The position numbers and the translations under genes are program-made. A stretch of 64,000 nt of DNA. Source: Callorhinchus milii. Taxonomy: Eukaryota. The notes beneath the pieces were generated by a model that was not told where the DNA came from, did no database searches, and saw only the letters and a program-made list of their open reading frames with translations. Each line of letters starts with the position of its first letter. The first letter of the stretch is position 1. Location: assembly GCF_018977255.1 (NCBI RefSeq), contig NW_024704742.1, positions 88,724,001-88,788,000 of the forward strand, written 5' to 3'. Positions 63,526 through 64,000 of the stretch are shown here, piece by piece.

Positions 63526-64000
63526 GAGAAAATGAGACTTTAGTATTAAATCACTGGAAGCTTTTACTGTGAGATTTGTGGAGTTGCATTCATGCAATAG
63601 TTGCCAACACTGCGGTCTAATTTACGATATGTCTTAATGAAAAATCTTGATAAACAATCTTAGTTAGGCAAATTGGGTCTCCTTATGGTGAGTGGAAGTA
63701 TGGCAGAACTGACTGCAGAATGATCTATTTTCTGAGTAAGCATAGATCACATCCCAGTGTTTGCCTGGGAAGATTCATATTGATGAAGCTCAATGTAGTT
63801 CAAATGGAAGAATTAATGACTGTGAATTTACCAAGGGTAACCAACAGTTAATTACTAGGCAATAATTGTCAATCAGGTGAAAATTGTGAACAGTGATATC
63901 TTAATTAACACATCAGTTAAAAATAAAGCCAGTCAATAACCAGAAGACACTGATTCATTGACCAATCTGACAGTTACCCCTCCTCACCCACTCTAACTTT

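Overview
Vertebrate non-coding (intergenic or intronic) DNA with many repeats. From the repeat complement (L2 and CR1 LINEs plus tRNA-headed Deu-domain SINEs) I infer a cartilaginous fish, possibly a holocephalan such as the elephant shark; this is not verified. No intact host gene, rRNA, true tRNA gene or CRISPR array is supported. The only long recognisable coding sequence is a 5'-truncated, twice-frameshifted L2 reverse transcriptase (2115-4071), with a near-identical younger 3' fragment at 22997-23794. The most informative structure is a retroposon partnership. Young tRNA-Ala-headed SINEs end in the same 34-nt stem-loop as the young L2, with a compensatory base-pair change and two loop variants. 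The window also holds older full-length Deu-type SINEs, an unidentified A-tailed retroposon family (7 copies), a palindromic MITE family, a Tigger/pogo-like MITE, several nested insertions, three local duplications and a few weak exon candidates. I found no evidence for a novel protein-coding system. Boundaries of decayed repeats are approximate (about +/-10-30 bp). Family names come from recalled consensus motifs, not database searches.
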